This document shows positions 29,667 through 38,325 of a stretch of 64,000 nucleotides of DNA, piece by piece. Source of the stretch: Eubacteriales bacterium (GTDB lineage: Bacteria > Bacillota > Clostridia > Oscillospirales > CAG-272); NCBI GenBank assembly GCA_048526005.1, contig DBFVEH010000013.1:199-64198 (forward strand), written 5' to 3'. The position numbers and the translations under genes are program-made. The notes below the pieces were generated by a model. The model did not search any database. It saw nothing but the letters and a program-made list of their open reading frames with translations, and had not been told where the DNA came from. Positions within the stretch are counted from its first letter, which is position 1; the number at the start of each line of letters is the position of its first letter.

Positions 29667-30788
29667 TTAACCGTTGAGCTCGATGAATCTTTTCACGACG
29701 TCCTCGATGGAGAGCGAGGTGTTTCCTTTGAGGTAGGTGCAGACCGTGTCGTTGAAGCGGTCGTACCAGTGCGCGGGGATTTTGTCAAAGCCGATGCAGG
29801 CGCCGACAATGCTTCCCACGGTGGCGCCGGTGCAGTCGTTGTCAAGTCCCATGGCCACACAGTTGCCGATACATTTTGTGAAATCGTCTCCGCCGAGCAT
29901 GAGCGCGAAAACGATGATGCACATGTTGTTGATGGTGTGGACCGGGTGCATTTTCGGGAATTTCTCATCGATCAGCGCGCGTCCTCTCAGATAATTCGTC
30001 ACCTGTGCCTCGCAGGAGAATGCCCATTCGAGCGCCTGATAGAGCTCGCTTTCCTGTGGGAGCTGCTGCATGCCCTCTCTTACGGCGTCAAGGGGCGTTT
30101 TCGCGGTGAAAGCCGCCGCTACCGAGGCCGCGCAAAACATTTCGCCGTATATTCCGTTTTTGCGGTGTGTGAGGTATGCGTCGTTGTAGGAAAGCTTTGC
30201 CGCGGCTTCCGGATTGCCGGCCTCGGCGTATCCGAAGGCGTCCGCGCGGATGGCGGCGCCGATCCATTCCACATAGCCGTTGAAATTGGCGGCATATATC
30301 GGCTTTGTTCCCGAACGAAGCTGCTGGAGCGCCTCGTCCTCCGCAGTGCAGGCGTAGGGAAGAATGTCGAGCCAAAGCTCCGCCACATCGTCGACGGTAT
30401 AATTTTTGCCGTATTTTTCAAGCAGGAGCAGGTTGAGGATCGTATAGGTGATGTCGTCGTCAACCGGCACTTTGTCTATGTTCTCGAGCAGATAATCGGT
30501 TCTTTTATTGACCTGATAATGGATTTTTTCCGGACTGTCCGTCCCGGTCCAAAAGGCGTCGGGGGGATAGTTCATGCCGCAGTCGAGTGCGAGTGCCTGC
30601 ATTCTCGCGACGGAGTACAATTCGACCGGTATGCCGAGCACACAGCCTGCAAATCGACCGATCAGCGCACCTTTCATGCGGTTATATAGGTCCGACGGCT
30701 TCTCGGACGAACGGCGGGCTCCCTCCGGACGCAGCTCGAGGATCTCCTTGAGGGCATCCGGTTGAGTGATATCTTGGTTTCTGTACAT
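29667..30788 (-). CDS. ADP-ribosylglycohydrolase family protein
   Basis: GALIGRFAGCVLG near the N-terminus and GLDNDCTGATVGSIVGA near the C-terminus. Start trimmed to MYRNQD with RBS GGAGAAAAAGA. Confidence 0.85.
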   Translation of the reverse strand: MYRNQDITQPDALKEILELRPEGARRSSEKPSDLYNRMKGALIGRFAGCVLGIPVELYSVARMQALALDCGMNYPPDAFWTGTDSPEKIHYQVNKRTDYLLENIDKVPVDDDITYTILNLLLLEKYGKNYTVDDVAELWLDILPYACTAEDEALQQLRSGTKPIYAANFNGYVEWIGAAIRADAFGYAEAGNPEAAAKLSYNDAYLTHRKNGIYGEMFCAASVAAAFTAKTPLDAVREGMQQLPQESELYQALEWAFSCEAQVTNYLRGRALIDEKFPKMHPVHTINNMCIIVFALMLGGDDFTKCIGNCVAMGLDNDCTGATVGSIVGACIGFDKIPAHWYDRFNDTVCTYLKGNTSLSIEDVVKRFIELNG

Positions 30789-31017
30789 TCTTTTTCTCCG
30801 TTTCCATATAAATTCGGATAAATCCGTATGAACGGTTTGCATTATATCATGTAGACGCGATACATGCAAGAACAAATCTGTAATTTCCTGAAAAATTTTC
30901 AATTTTAAGGGTATCAATGGAACAAATTTATTGGACAGGGCCTATTTTATAGGTATCGATCCTTGTCGAGGCGCTGGTATGATAACGGCGTCTGCATCGG
31001 AGGTTTGGATGTGAACA

Positions 31018-31055
31018 AAGAAACGCGGGATTTCAAGAAATCCCGCGTTTCTTTT
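31018..31055. terminator. Hairpin terminator, probably bidirectional (serves the Cys-rich ORF on the minus strand)
   Basis: GAAACGCGGGATTTC/GAAATCCCGCGTTTC stem, with TTTTT on the plus side and TTTGTT on the minus side. Confidence 0.6.
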
Positions 31056-31222
31056 TACAGACGCCGCCGATGCGGCGGTATGTCTCTATATTTATATAAA
31101 GCTGCATTTACAGCGGATATCGATAATTTTTGCTTTTCAGAAGATTCTCTTTATGTGCTCCGATGCAGGTAACGGCACAGGAGCGCGTGACGGTCTCCTT
31201 CATAAGATGGAGAATGACGATA

Positions 31223-31552
31223 TTATCTTCTGGAGTTGGACGCAGCGACGCAGATCATTCCGGGGCAACGGCTGCAGCACCCGCATCCGCAGCTACATCT
31301 GTCGGACGTACCGCCGACGGTGTCATCATTGCTGCCGCATCCGCAGCCGCGTCTGTCGGAGACGCCGCCGACGCTGTCGTCGTCACGGTTTCTGCCGCAT
31401 CCGCAGCCGCGTCTGTCGGAGACGCCGCCGACGCTGTCGTCGTCACGGTTTCTGCCGCATCCGCATCCGCGTCTGTCGGAGACGCCGCCGACGCTGTCGT
31501 CATCACGGTTCCTGCCGCAGCAGAATCTGCTCATACAGTTTCCTAAACACAT
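31223..31552 (-). CDS. Cys-rich tandem-repeat small protein (109 aa), no recognised family
   Basis: Canonical RBS AAGGAGGTG, 6 nt, then ATG. Sequence MCLGNCMSRFCCG, then three near-identical 20-aa repeats (RNRDDDSVGGVSDRRGCGCG), then a CSCGCGCCSRC tail. About 19 Cys. All six frames are open here, so the strand choice rests on the RBS and the flanking terminators. Confidence 0.55.
   Translation of the reverse strand: MCLGNCMSRFCCGRNRDDDSVGGVSDRRGCGCGRNRDDDSVGGVSDRRGCGCGRNRDDDSVGGVSDRRGCGCGSNDDTVGGTSDRCSCGCGCCSRCPGMICVAASNSRR
31271..31520. repeat. 60-bp tandem repeat (three near-identical copies at 31331-31510 plus a degenerate copy upstream)
   Basis: Copies 31391-31450 and 31451-31510 differ at a single base. 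Copy 31331-31390 differs from 31391-31450 only at its first base. Confidence 0.95.
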
Positions 31553-31612
31553 TTTTATCACCTCCTTCAATGACATTATATGCCGGATTTGATTTCTGGT
31601 CCGTAAAAATGG

Positions 31613-31650
31613 ACAAAGAAAAACACCGTCCTCCGATGCGGCGGTGTTTT
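31613..31650 (-). terminator. Intrinsic terminator of yccF-like gene
   Basis: Stem AAAACACCG/CGGTGTTTT, followed on the minus strand by TTTTTCTTT. Confidence 0.7.
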
Positions 31651-31660
31651 ATCGGACAGG

Positions 31661-32026
31661 TTAGCCCGGTGTGACGGACGCGCCGAACGGCATCAGCGCG
31701 AGTTTGGCAAATTTAAAGCATTGCTTTCCGAACGGGATCCCGATGATGGTGATGCAAAGGACAAGCCCCGCGACCGCTGTCGTGGCGGCAAGCTCGATTC
31801 CCCCGAAAATGAGCCACAGGATATTGACAAGCAGGGAAAACGCACCGCCGCCATACACCACGCGCTTTCCGAACGGAGCAAGCATCAGCCCCGCCATTTT
31901 GAAGCATTGGAGCCCGACCGGGATCCCGACGATCGTGACGCACCATAAAAGACCTATGAGCGCCCAGCCGAGAAAAAGCCAAAATCCGCACAGAATGATC
32001 CATAATATATTTCCAATAAGACGCAT
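31661..32026 (-). CDS. yccF: YccF domain-containing inner membrane protein (DUF307)
   Basis: Duplicated motif TIVGIPVGLQCFKMA / TIIGIPFGKQCFKFA; 121 aa. Confidence 0.85.
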   Translation of the reverse strand: MRLIGNILWIILCGFWLFLGWALIGLLWCVTIVGIPVGLQCFKMAGLMLAPFGKRVVYGGGAFSLLVNILWLIFGGIELAATTAVAGLVLCITIIGIPFGKQCFKFAKLALMPFGASVTPG

Positions 32027-32184
32027 AAATCCCTCCGAAACCATAAAGAACAAGGCGATACACATTCCCCTAAGTATCGTCTCTTAGAAATATATTATAG
32101 CAGGATTTATAATATTATCAAGAGAGATAAGAAAAAATTAAGAAAGAGCGCACAGCGGAGCTGTGCGCTCTTTCTTGTTTGGCC

Positions 32185-33987
32185 TTACGAGGCTTGTTCA
32201 AACTGGCTGTTGTAAAGCTCGGCATAAAAGCCGCCCTTTTTCATCAGCTCTTCATGATCGCCGCTTTCGATGATATTTCCGTCCTTCATGACAAGGATCT
32301 TATCCGCGTTGCGGATGGTGGAAAGCCTGTGGGCGATGACAAAGGACGTCCGTCCCTTTGTCATTTTATCCATCGCCTCCTGAATCAGGATTTCCGTGCG
32401 CGTATCGACGGAGCTTGTCGCCTCATCGAGAATGATCATCGGCGCGTTTTCGATCATTGCGCGCGCGATGGTGAGCAGCTGTTTCTGGCCTGCGGAAAGA
32501 TTCATTTTATCGTCGATCACGGTATCGTAGCCGTGCGGAAGCGTGCCGATGAAGTGATGCAGTCCGACGGCGCGGCAGGCATCTTCCACCTGCTTGTCGC
32601 TGATGTTTTTCTTGCCGTAGACGATGTTGTCGCGGATGGTTCCCTCAAAAAGCCATGTGTCCTGAAGGACCATGCCGAAGAGATCGTGTACGTTCTCTCT
32701 CGTCAGCTCGCTTACCGGTACGCCGTCGATCTTGATGCTGCCTCCGTTGATATCATAGAATTTCATGAGCAGGTTGACCATCGTCGTTTTTCCGGCGCCC
32801 GTCGGTCCGACGATGGCGACCTTTTGGCCGGGATAGATGTGTTCGGAAAAATCGTGGATGATGATCTTGTCCTTGTCGTAACCGAAGCTTACATGCTCAA
32901 ATTCGACCTCGCCGCGCACGTTTTCGAGTACCGCTGTTTTATCCGATTCGTCCGGCATTTCCTCGGCTTCGAGAAATTCAAACACGCGGTCGGAGGCGGC
33001 TGCGGTCGATTGCAGGCTTGTCATAGCCTGTGCGATTTGGGAAAGCGGGCTTGAGAAGAGTCTGACATAGATAATGAAAGCGACGATCACACCGAAGTCG
33101 ATGGCTCCGTTCATGGCAAGCGCCGCGCCGACAACACAGACGGCGACATATCCGAAATTGCCGACGAAGCTCATGACGGGCATCATGAGTCCCGATAAAA
33201 ACTGGGATTTCCAGTTGCTTTCATACAGCTTTTCATTCATTTCATTGAATTTCTCACTTTGCTGCTCCTCGGCGTTATAGAGACGGACGATGTTATGTCC
33301 GGAGTAGACCTCCTCGATATGTCCGTTGATCTTGCCGAGCCATTCCTGCCGCGCCGTGAAATATTTCTGCGAGCTTTTGGTGACGATCATCACAAAAGCA
33401 AAGCCGATGAGAGAGGCGGCGATGGCGGTGATCGCCATGATCCAGTTCGTTTTGAACATCATGAAAAGGCAGCCGACAAAGAGCGCCGCCGCGGAAACGA
33501 TCTGGACGACGCTGCGCTGAAGCGTATCGCCGATGGAGTCCACGTCGTTCGTGACGCGGGAGAGCACGTCTCCGAAGCTTGTTTTGTTGTAGTAATCAAT
33601 CGGTAGACGATTGATTTTCTTTGAGATTGCGCCGCGCAGATTTTTGGAGACCTTTTGATTGACCGTCGTCATGATGAGCCCCTGCATAAGACTGAGCAGC
33701 CAGCTTGCCGCATAGAAGGCGACGAGCGTGTAGCATATGCTTAATACCGCGTCAAAATCGATTCCGGTGAGAAAGCCTTCGCTGATAAGGTTGGTAAGCT
33801 CGCTGACCTTATCCGGACCGATGACCGTGAATACGGCGCCGCCGACGGCACACAGCATGGCGACAATCACCGCCGGGACAAACGGACGGCAGAACGCGAT
33901 CAGCTTTCCCATTGACTTTTTAAAATTGACGGACTTTTCCGGCGTATTCGCCTGTCCTTTATGAATCATTCCCCGAGGATTTGTCAT
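32185..33987 (-). CDS. ABC exporter, fused permease/ATPase (heterodimer partner B)
   Basis: Six-TM N-terminal domain, Walker A GPTGAGKTT, signature LSAGQKQ, Walker B IILDEATSSVD. Confidence 0.9.
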   Translation of the reverse strand: MTNPRGMIHKGQANTPEKSVNFKKSMGKLIAFCRPFVPAVIVAMLCAVGGAVFTVIGPDKVSELTNLISEGFLTGIDFDAVLSICYTLVAFYAASWLLSLMQGLIMTTVNQKVSKNLRGAISKKINRLPIDYYNKTSFGDVLSRVTNDVDSIGDTLQRSVVQIVSAAALFVGCLFMMFKTNWIMAITAIAASLIGFAFVMIVTKSSQKYFTARQEWLGKINGHIEEVYSGHNIVRLYNAEEQQSEKFNEMNEKLYESNWKSQFLSGLMMPVMSFVGNFGYVAVCVVGAALAMNGAIDFGVIVAFIIYVRLFSSPLSQIAQAMTSLQSTAAASDRVFEFLEAEEMPDESDKTAVLENVRGEVEFEHVSFGYDKDKIIIHDFSEHIYPGQKVAIVGPTGAGKTTMVNLLMKFYDINGGSIKIDGVPVSELTRENVHDLFGMVLQDTWLFEGTIRDNIVYGKKNISDKQVEDACRAVGLHHFIGTLPHGYDTVIDDKMNLSAGQKQLLTIARAMIENAPMIILDEATSSVDTRTEILIQEAMDKMTKGRTSFVIAHRLSTIRNADKILVMKDGNIIESGDHEELMKKGGFYAELYNSQFEQAS

Positions 33988-35747
33988 GCTCCGAGTTCCT
34001 CCTTTGAAAGCTGTGAGAGAGCGATCTCACGGTATACGTCACAGGACGCCAGCAGCTCGTCGTGTGTGCCGATTCCGACGGCGCATCCGTCGTCGATGAC
34101 GATGATGCGGTCGGCATCCTTGATCGTCCCGATCCGCTGCGCGACGATGAGACTTGTCACGCCGGACGTTTCCTTCTTCAGTGCGGAACGCAGCGTCCGG
34201 TCCGTTTTATAGTCGAGCGCGGAGAACGAATCGTCAAAGATGTAGATTTCCGGCTTGCGGCAGATTGCGCGCGCAATGGAGAGCCGCTGCTTCTGACCGC
34301 CGGAGAAGTTCGCGCCGCCCTGCGCGACCGCGCCGTTATAAGTATTTTCAAGGTTTTCCACAAAGTCCTTGCTCTGCGCCGTTTTGACCGCCGCTGCGAT
34401 CTGCTCTTCGTCCGCAGGGGCCTTTCCGTTGTCGCCGAATGCCACATTGGATGCGACCGTTCCGGAGAAAAGCACCGCCTTTTGAGGGACATAGCCGAGC
34501 TTATTGTAGAGCTCAGATAATTTGTAATCTTTTACGTTGACGCCGTCAACGAGCACCTCTCCCTCCGTCGCGTCGTAAAATCTTGCGACAAGGTTGACGA
34601 TCGTGCTTTTTCCGCTTCCCGTGGCGCCGATGAAAGCGACGGTCTCCCCTTTGTGAGCGGTAAAGCTGATATTATGCAGCACGTATTCGTCCGCATCGGG
34701 ATATTTGAAGCTGACGTTGCGGAATTCCACCTCGCCGCGAAGCCCCGTTTCGCTGCCGTCGGAGGTCCCGTCGAGGATGCTTGGCTTTGTTTCCAAAACC
34801 TCGTTAATGCGCTTAGCCGATACGGAAGCACGCGGCAGCATGACGAAGATCATGGTGAGCATCATGAACGCCATGATGACCTGCATCGCGTAGGAGGAGA
34901 ACACGACCATATTGGAGAAGAGCGGGAGCTTGTCGAGCATATCTGCGGCGTCGATGAGATAGGCGCCGATCCAGTAGATGCCGAGGGTGATGCCGTTCAT
35001 GACAAGACTCATCGTAGGGCTCATGACCTGCATGGCGCGCTGTGCTTTCAGGTTGGTGTCGGTGAGCTCGTCGTTTGCCTTTTCAAATTTTTCCTCTTGA
35101 TATCCTTCGGCGTTGTAAGCACGCACGACGCGGATCCCCGTGAGATTTTCTCTTGTGACGCGGTTGAGATTGTCGGTCAGTCCCTGTATCCGCTTAAATT
35201 TAGGAAGGGCATATATCATGATGAACAGGATTGTCGCGATCAGAATGATGACCGCACAGGCGGTGAGCATAGACCATTGCCATGTTCCCTTGTTCTGGAT
35301 CTTGATAATAGCCATGACCGCCATGATCGGCGCCTTGACGATCATTTGCAGCCCCATAGCCACGATCATTTGGATTTGTGTGATATCGTTGGTCGAGCGG
35401 GTGATCAAACTGTCCGTCGAAAAGCCTCCGATCTCCTCCATGGAAAAAGATTCGACCTTTTCAAACAGCTCGCGACGCAGCCTTTTTGAGAGGTTCGCCG
35501 CAATCTGTGCGGCGAAAAATCCGACGATGACCGATGTGACAAGGCTTCCCAGTGCACATAGAAGCATTTTGCCTCCCGCCGTAAAAATTTCCGACATTTG
35601 GCTACCTTCGGTTTTGACAAGCTCTGTGATTTCCGTCATGTATTCGGGCAGCCTGAGGTCCAGCCATACCTGTACGACGATGAACAAAACGCTTATGATG
35701 ACAAAGCACCATTCCTTTGTTCTCAAATGCTTAAAAATTTTTATCAT
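33984..35747 (-). CDS. ABC exporter, fused permease/ATPase (heterodimer partner A)
   Basis: Walker A GATGSGKST, signature FSGGQKQR, Walker B YIFDDSFSALD. 4-nt overlap with the downstream partner. Start trimmed to MIKIFKHL. Confidence 0.9.
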   Translation of the reverse strand: MIKIFKHLRTKEWCFVIISVLFIVVQVWLDLRLPEYMTEITELVKTEGSQMSEIFTAGGKMLLCALGSLVTSVIVGFFAAQIAANLSKRLRRELFEKVESFSMEEIGGFSTDSLITRSTNDITQIQMIVAMGLQMIVKAPIMAVMAIIKIQNKGTWQWSMLTACAVIILIATILFIMIYALPKFKRIQGLTDNLNRVTRENLTGIRVVRAYNAEGYQEEKFEKANDELTDTNLKAQRAMQVMSPTMSLVMNGITLGIYWIGAYLIDAADMLDKLPLFSNMVVFSSYAMQVIMAFMMLTMIFVMLPRASVSAKRINEVLETKPSILDGTSDGSETGLRGEVEFRNVSFKYPDADEYVLHNISFTAHKGETVAFIGATGSGKSTIVNLVARFYDATEGEVLVDGVNVKDYKLSELYNKLGYVPQKAVLFSGTVASNVAFGDNGKAPADEEQIAAAVKTAQSKDFVENLENTYNGAVAQGGANFSGGQKQRLSIARAICRKPEIYIFDDSFSALDYKTDRTLRSALKKETSGVTSLIVAQRIGTIKDADRIIVIDDGCAVGIGTHDELLASCDVYREIALSQLSKEELGA

Positions 35748-36210
35748 GTAATTGATTCCTTTCCGTAGTGCTCTTTTTTGGTGCATTTGGCTTTGAAGCG
35801 GCGTTTTCAACGATCCGCTTCGTGATCCGAACATATTCCACAGCGTCCTTTTCACCAAGATCTTTCAGCATTTCGCTGGCGGATTCGAGGACGTGTGTTT
35901 TGTGGGCTTCGATATGGAAGGAACCTGCGTCGGTGAGCTTCACGCAGATTTTTCGTTTGTCCTTATCGTCCGGCACGCGGGTAATAAAGCCCTTTGATGC
36001 AAGTGTGGCCAAGAGCTTTGCCGTTCGGGCGGTGCTGATGTTCAGCTCGTCGCTGATCTCTCCCGGCGAGGCGGCGCCGTGATAGGATAAAAAGACCAGC
36101 GCAGGCATTTCTCCCCGCACGAAACGGTCGGCATTTTTTTGCATCGGAGCTTTGGAGAACTTCGGCATGTTTTCCAAAAGCTCCCGTGCCAGCTCTTGAT
36201 AGTCCGTCAA
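35731..36210 (-). CDS. MarR family transcriptional regulator
   Basis: Winged-helix region LNISTARTAKLLATLASKGFITR..DKDKR. TTG start has RBS AAGGAGGG at 6 nt. Overlaps the ABC gene start. Confidence 0.85.
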   Translation of the reverse strand: MTDYQELARELLENMPKFSKAPMQKNADRFVRGEMPALVFLSYHGAASPGEISDELNISTARTAKLLATLASKGFITRVPDDKDKRKICVKLTDAGSFHIEAHKTHVLESASEMLKDLGEKDAVEYVRITKRIVENAASKPNAPKKSTTERNQLHDKNF

Positions 36211-36247
36211 AATGATCCCTCCTTTGCAGACTTTATGTGCCAATTAA

Positions 36248-36260
36248 CTAACACTGTTAG
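36248..36260. promoter_or_regulatory. Candidate MarR operator palindrome CTAACA-C-TGTTAG
   Basis: Perfect 6+6 palindrome 38 nt upstream of the marR start. The same hexamers occur at the second marR promoter (44558-44573). Confidence 0.35.
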
Positions 36261-36562
36261 CAATTTTATAGGACGGACGCCGTCTTGTCAATAGACTTCA
36301 CAAAAAGTTTTATTTTCTATTACAGTTTATACAAGATTCATGTCTGTCCTTTGTAAGATATATTTCTTTTTGTTCTGACGGGGAAGATGGTTTTATAAAA
36401 AATTTTTTATAAGTTTTTAAAAACAGTGAACCGAATGACAAAAAAATACACTATATAAATATCATGACGACGTCATTCAACTAAAACTCTATCGATTTCA
36501 ACGACATGCTGATTGCCTTTTATCTTGGAAAAATGCTAAAATTGAATTAGGATCCATTCCGA

Positions 36563-37336
36563 ATGAAAAAATCGGCAGTAAGGAATATCGGGATCCAATT
36601 TGAGAAGGACTTGGCCGCGGTTTTGTCGGCAGATGGGAGAAAAACAATGGATTACAGAAAAAACATACGCTATTTTAAGAGCTCTGACGCACATTTTTAT
36701 GTAGGAATTCCGATCGTCATCATAGGGATCATTCTTTTTGTCATCGGTCAGTTCTTTTGGATTTATTTTATCCCATATCAAAGCATGACGGCACTGCTGG
36801 CGGTCTTGGCCGGCGCTGCGGTCGCATGGATCCCGCGCTGGAGACGCTCGGATGAAAAGGAGCTTGACGATTATATCGCCTCCAAAAAGGAGGATCATGT
36901 CAAGAAAGCCGAGGAAAGGCTCGGCCTTTCCTCCTCTCTTATGCCGGGCAGGGAACCGATCGTCATCGGCGGCTTCGATTTCGATTCCGGCGACGTTTTG
37001 TATCGGCGCGGAAAGGATGACAGAAAATACCGTTCGTCTCTTTATACGTCGTCGGTGCTTTTTCTGACAAAGAACGGGATCTGTGCCGTGCAGAAAAGCT
37101 TCTCGCTCACGGAGGATTTGGAGCATGAAACCGTGAAGGAAATCCCGTATTGCGATATCGACGACGCTAAGATTATTTGTGAGGAAAAAACGGTCGGTGC
37201 CGATAAAATAAAATATTTTTGTTTTGTGATTGCGGCAAATGGAGCTGAGCTTCTGCGCGTTCCGGCAGCGCAGGATGCCGTGCTGGAAGGAATCTGCGAG
37301 GATATCCGTACGGCCGCCGTGAAGGCGAAAGCTTGA
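36563..37336 (+). CDS. Hypothetical membrane protein (two TM helices plus soluble C-terminal domain)
   Basis: ORF with a terminator after it. The alternative start at ATG 36647 has the better RBS (GGGAGA). No family recognised. Confidence 0.5.
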   Translation: MKKSAVRNIGIQFEKDLAAVLSADGRKTMDYRKNIRYFKSSDAHFYVGIPIVIIGIILFVIGQFFWIYFIPYQSMTALLAVLAGAAVAWIPRWRRSDEKELDDYIASKKEDHVKKAEERLGLSSSLMPGREPIVIGGFDFDSGDVLYRRGKDDRKYRSSLYTSSVLFLTKNGICAVQKSFSLTEDLEHETVKEIPYCDIDDAKIICEEKTVGADKIKYFCFVIAANGAELLRVPAAQDAVLEGICEDIRTAAVKAKA

Positions 37337-37356
37337 TTTTTCTTCTTTTGTTTGAA

Positions 37357-37397
37357 TAAAAAACCCCGGCAGGCGCAAAGCCTGCCGGGATTTTTTA
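37357..37397. terminator. Bidirectional intrinsic terminator
   Basis: Stem CCCGGCAGG/CCTGCCGGG flanked by AAAAAA and TTTTTT. Confidence 0.8.
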
Positions 37398-37399
37398 TC

Positions 37400-37618
37400 T
37401 TATTTCACATCGCCCGTGATCTCTTCCGTATCGCGTTCGCGGAAAAGCAGTGAAATACACCAAATTCCCGCAAGAGCCACGATCGTATACACGATTCTGC
37501 TGACAAGAGCATCCTGTCCGCCGAAGATCCAAGCGACGAAGTCGAAACGGAAAAGACCGATGCTTCCCCAGTTGAGCGCGCCGATGATTGTGAGTATGAG
37601 CGCAATTCTGTCGAGCAT
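37400..37618 (-). CDS. DUF378 domain-containing membrane protein
   Basis: ALILTIIGALNWGSIGLF motif; 72 aa, two TM helices. Confidence 0.8.
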   Translation of the reverse strand: MLDRIALILTIIGALNWGSIGLFRFDFVAWIFGGQDALVSRIVYTIVALAGIWCISLLFRERDTEEITGDVK

Positions 37619-38016
37619 AATATTAACCTCCGATCATAATTTCAAAACGGCCGTCAAAACGGTGCGTTATTTTTTCATTATTTGAGTAAATATTTTTTAT
37701 CTTTCGACAGTATGTAGTTTCTCCGAATCCGCCCGTTTTATGCACGGGAATGAAAAAGCATTTGTAAATTGCGCCGGTTTTTACCAAAAAAGCCGTATTT
37801 TTCACTTGTTTTTTGCCCGATTTATCATATCATCACAGCATGAAATAAAAAGATGGTATTGTTATGACGAGCAAAGAACGACTTGACGGATATTTAAAGG
37901 GAAAGGCAGTGGACAGAAGACCGGATCTGGTGGTTGTGAATGTTGCTTTTTGACAGGCCGTGGCAGGATCGGCGGATAAATATTGTAGGCTTTTTGGAAT
38001 GGATATCTAAATAGGC

Positions 38017-38230
38017 GAAAGTCCGGCGGCGCGGGGCGGCGTATGCCGCCCCTTCCCGCGCGCAGACGGCTTTATGATGAGCAGTGACTGCCAAATCAAG
38101 TGCCGGACTTTGGAATATATGCGGAACTTCCGTCTGCGCGCGGTTTCCGGCCAAGCCGATAAAGTTTGCGTTTTGTTTTGTGGACGATTTTTCGGCTTGG
38201 CCGCGCCGCCGGACGCCATCCTATTTTTTT
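38017..38230 (+). other. GC-rich nested-stem element (~200 nt): candidate structured ncRNA or MITE-like palindromic element
   Basis: Perfect 14-bp outer pairing 38021-38034/38201-38214 encloses an 8-bp hairpin (38033-38052), a perfect 13-bp stem (38057-38069/38130-38142) and an 11-bp stem (38149-38159/38192-38202). T7 run at 38223-38229. No credible ORF. Confidence 0.35.
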
Positions 38231-38325
38231 GTTGCGTTTTCCCGCGGATTGTGTTAAAATGATTCTATCGTCATATTTGCGTTTGACGCTGATAATCAAT
38301 CGTTCATAAGGTAAGGATCATAAGT

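Noticed and set aside
29667-30788. ADP-ribosylglycohydrolase as the antitoxin or reversal half of an ADP-ribosylation toxin or defence pair
   Set aside because: No ADP-ribosyltransferase-like gene is adjacent. The neighbours are a convergent glycoside phosphorylase and an unrelated small ORF beyond a promoter region.
30920-31055. Orphan plus-strand hairpin with T-run and no upstream plus-strand gene (possible sRNA 3' end)
   Set aside because: The hairpin is symmetric and also works as the minus-strand terminator for the Cys-rich ORF. A bidirectional terminator explains it, and I see no promoter for a plus-strand sRNA.
31130-31674. Plus-strand ORFs across the 60-bp repeat region (138, 173 and 118 aa)
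   Set aside because: None has an RBS or a sensible start. They are open only because the repeat lacks stops in every frame. The minus-strand ORF has a canonical RBS and is bracketed by terminator hairpins.
31223-36210. RiPP/bacteriocin cluster (Cys-rich peptide plus yccF plus two ABC exporters plus MarR)
   Set aside because: No maturation enzyme (radical SAM, LanM/LanBC, YcaO, peptidase) is present. The ABC exporters lack an N-terminal C39 peptidase domain. Terminators separate the peptide gene from yccF and from the ABC operon. MarR plus heterodimeric ABC is a common drug-efflux module.
37864-37953. Possible remnant of a URO-D-family gene (MTSKERLDGYLKGKAVDRRPDLVVVNVAF followed by a stop)
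   Set aside because: The ERxxxxLxGxxxDRxP pattern resembles the N-termini of URO-D-family proteins. But 29 codons, a weak RBS and no downstream continuation are too little to call a pseudogene.
38017-38230. 6S RNA (ssrS) assignment for the nested-stem element
   Set aside because: The closing stem plus internal stem is superficially 6S-like and AAAGTCC/GGACTTT segments are present. However, the 3' side of the would-be central bubble is ~58 nt and forms its own hairpin, and the stems are perfect GC helices rather than the irregular 6S helix. This cannot be supported without a covariance-model search.
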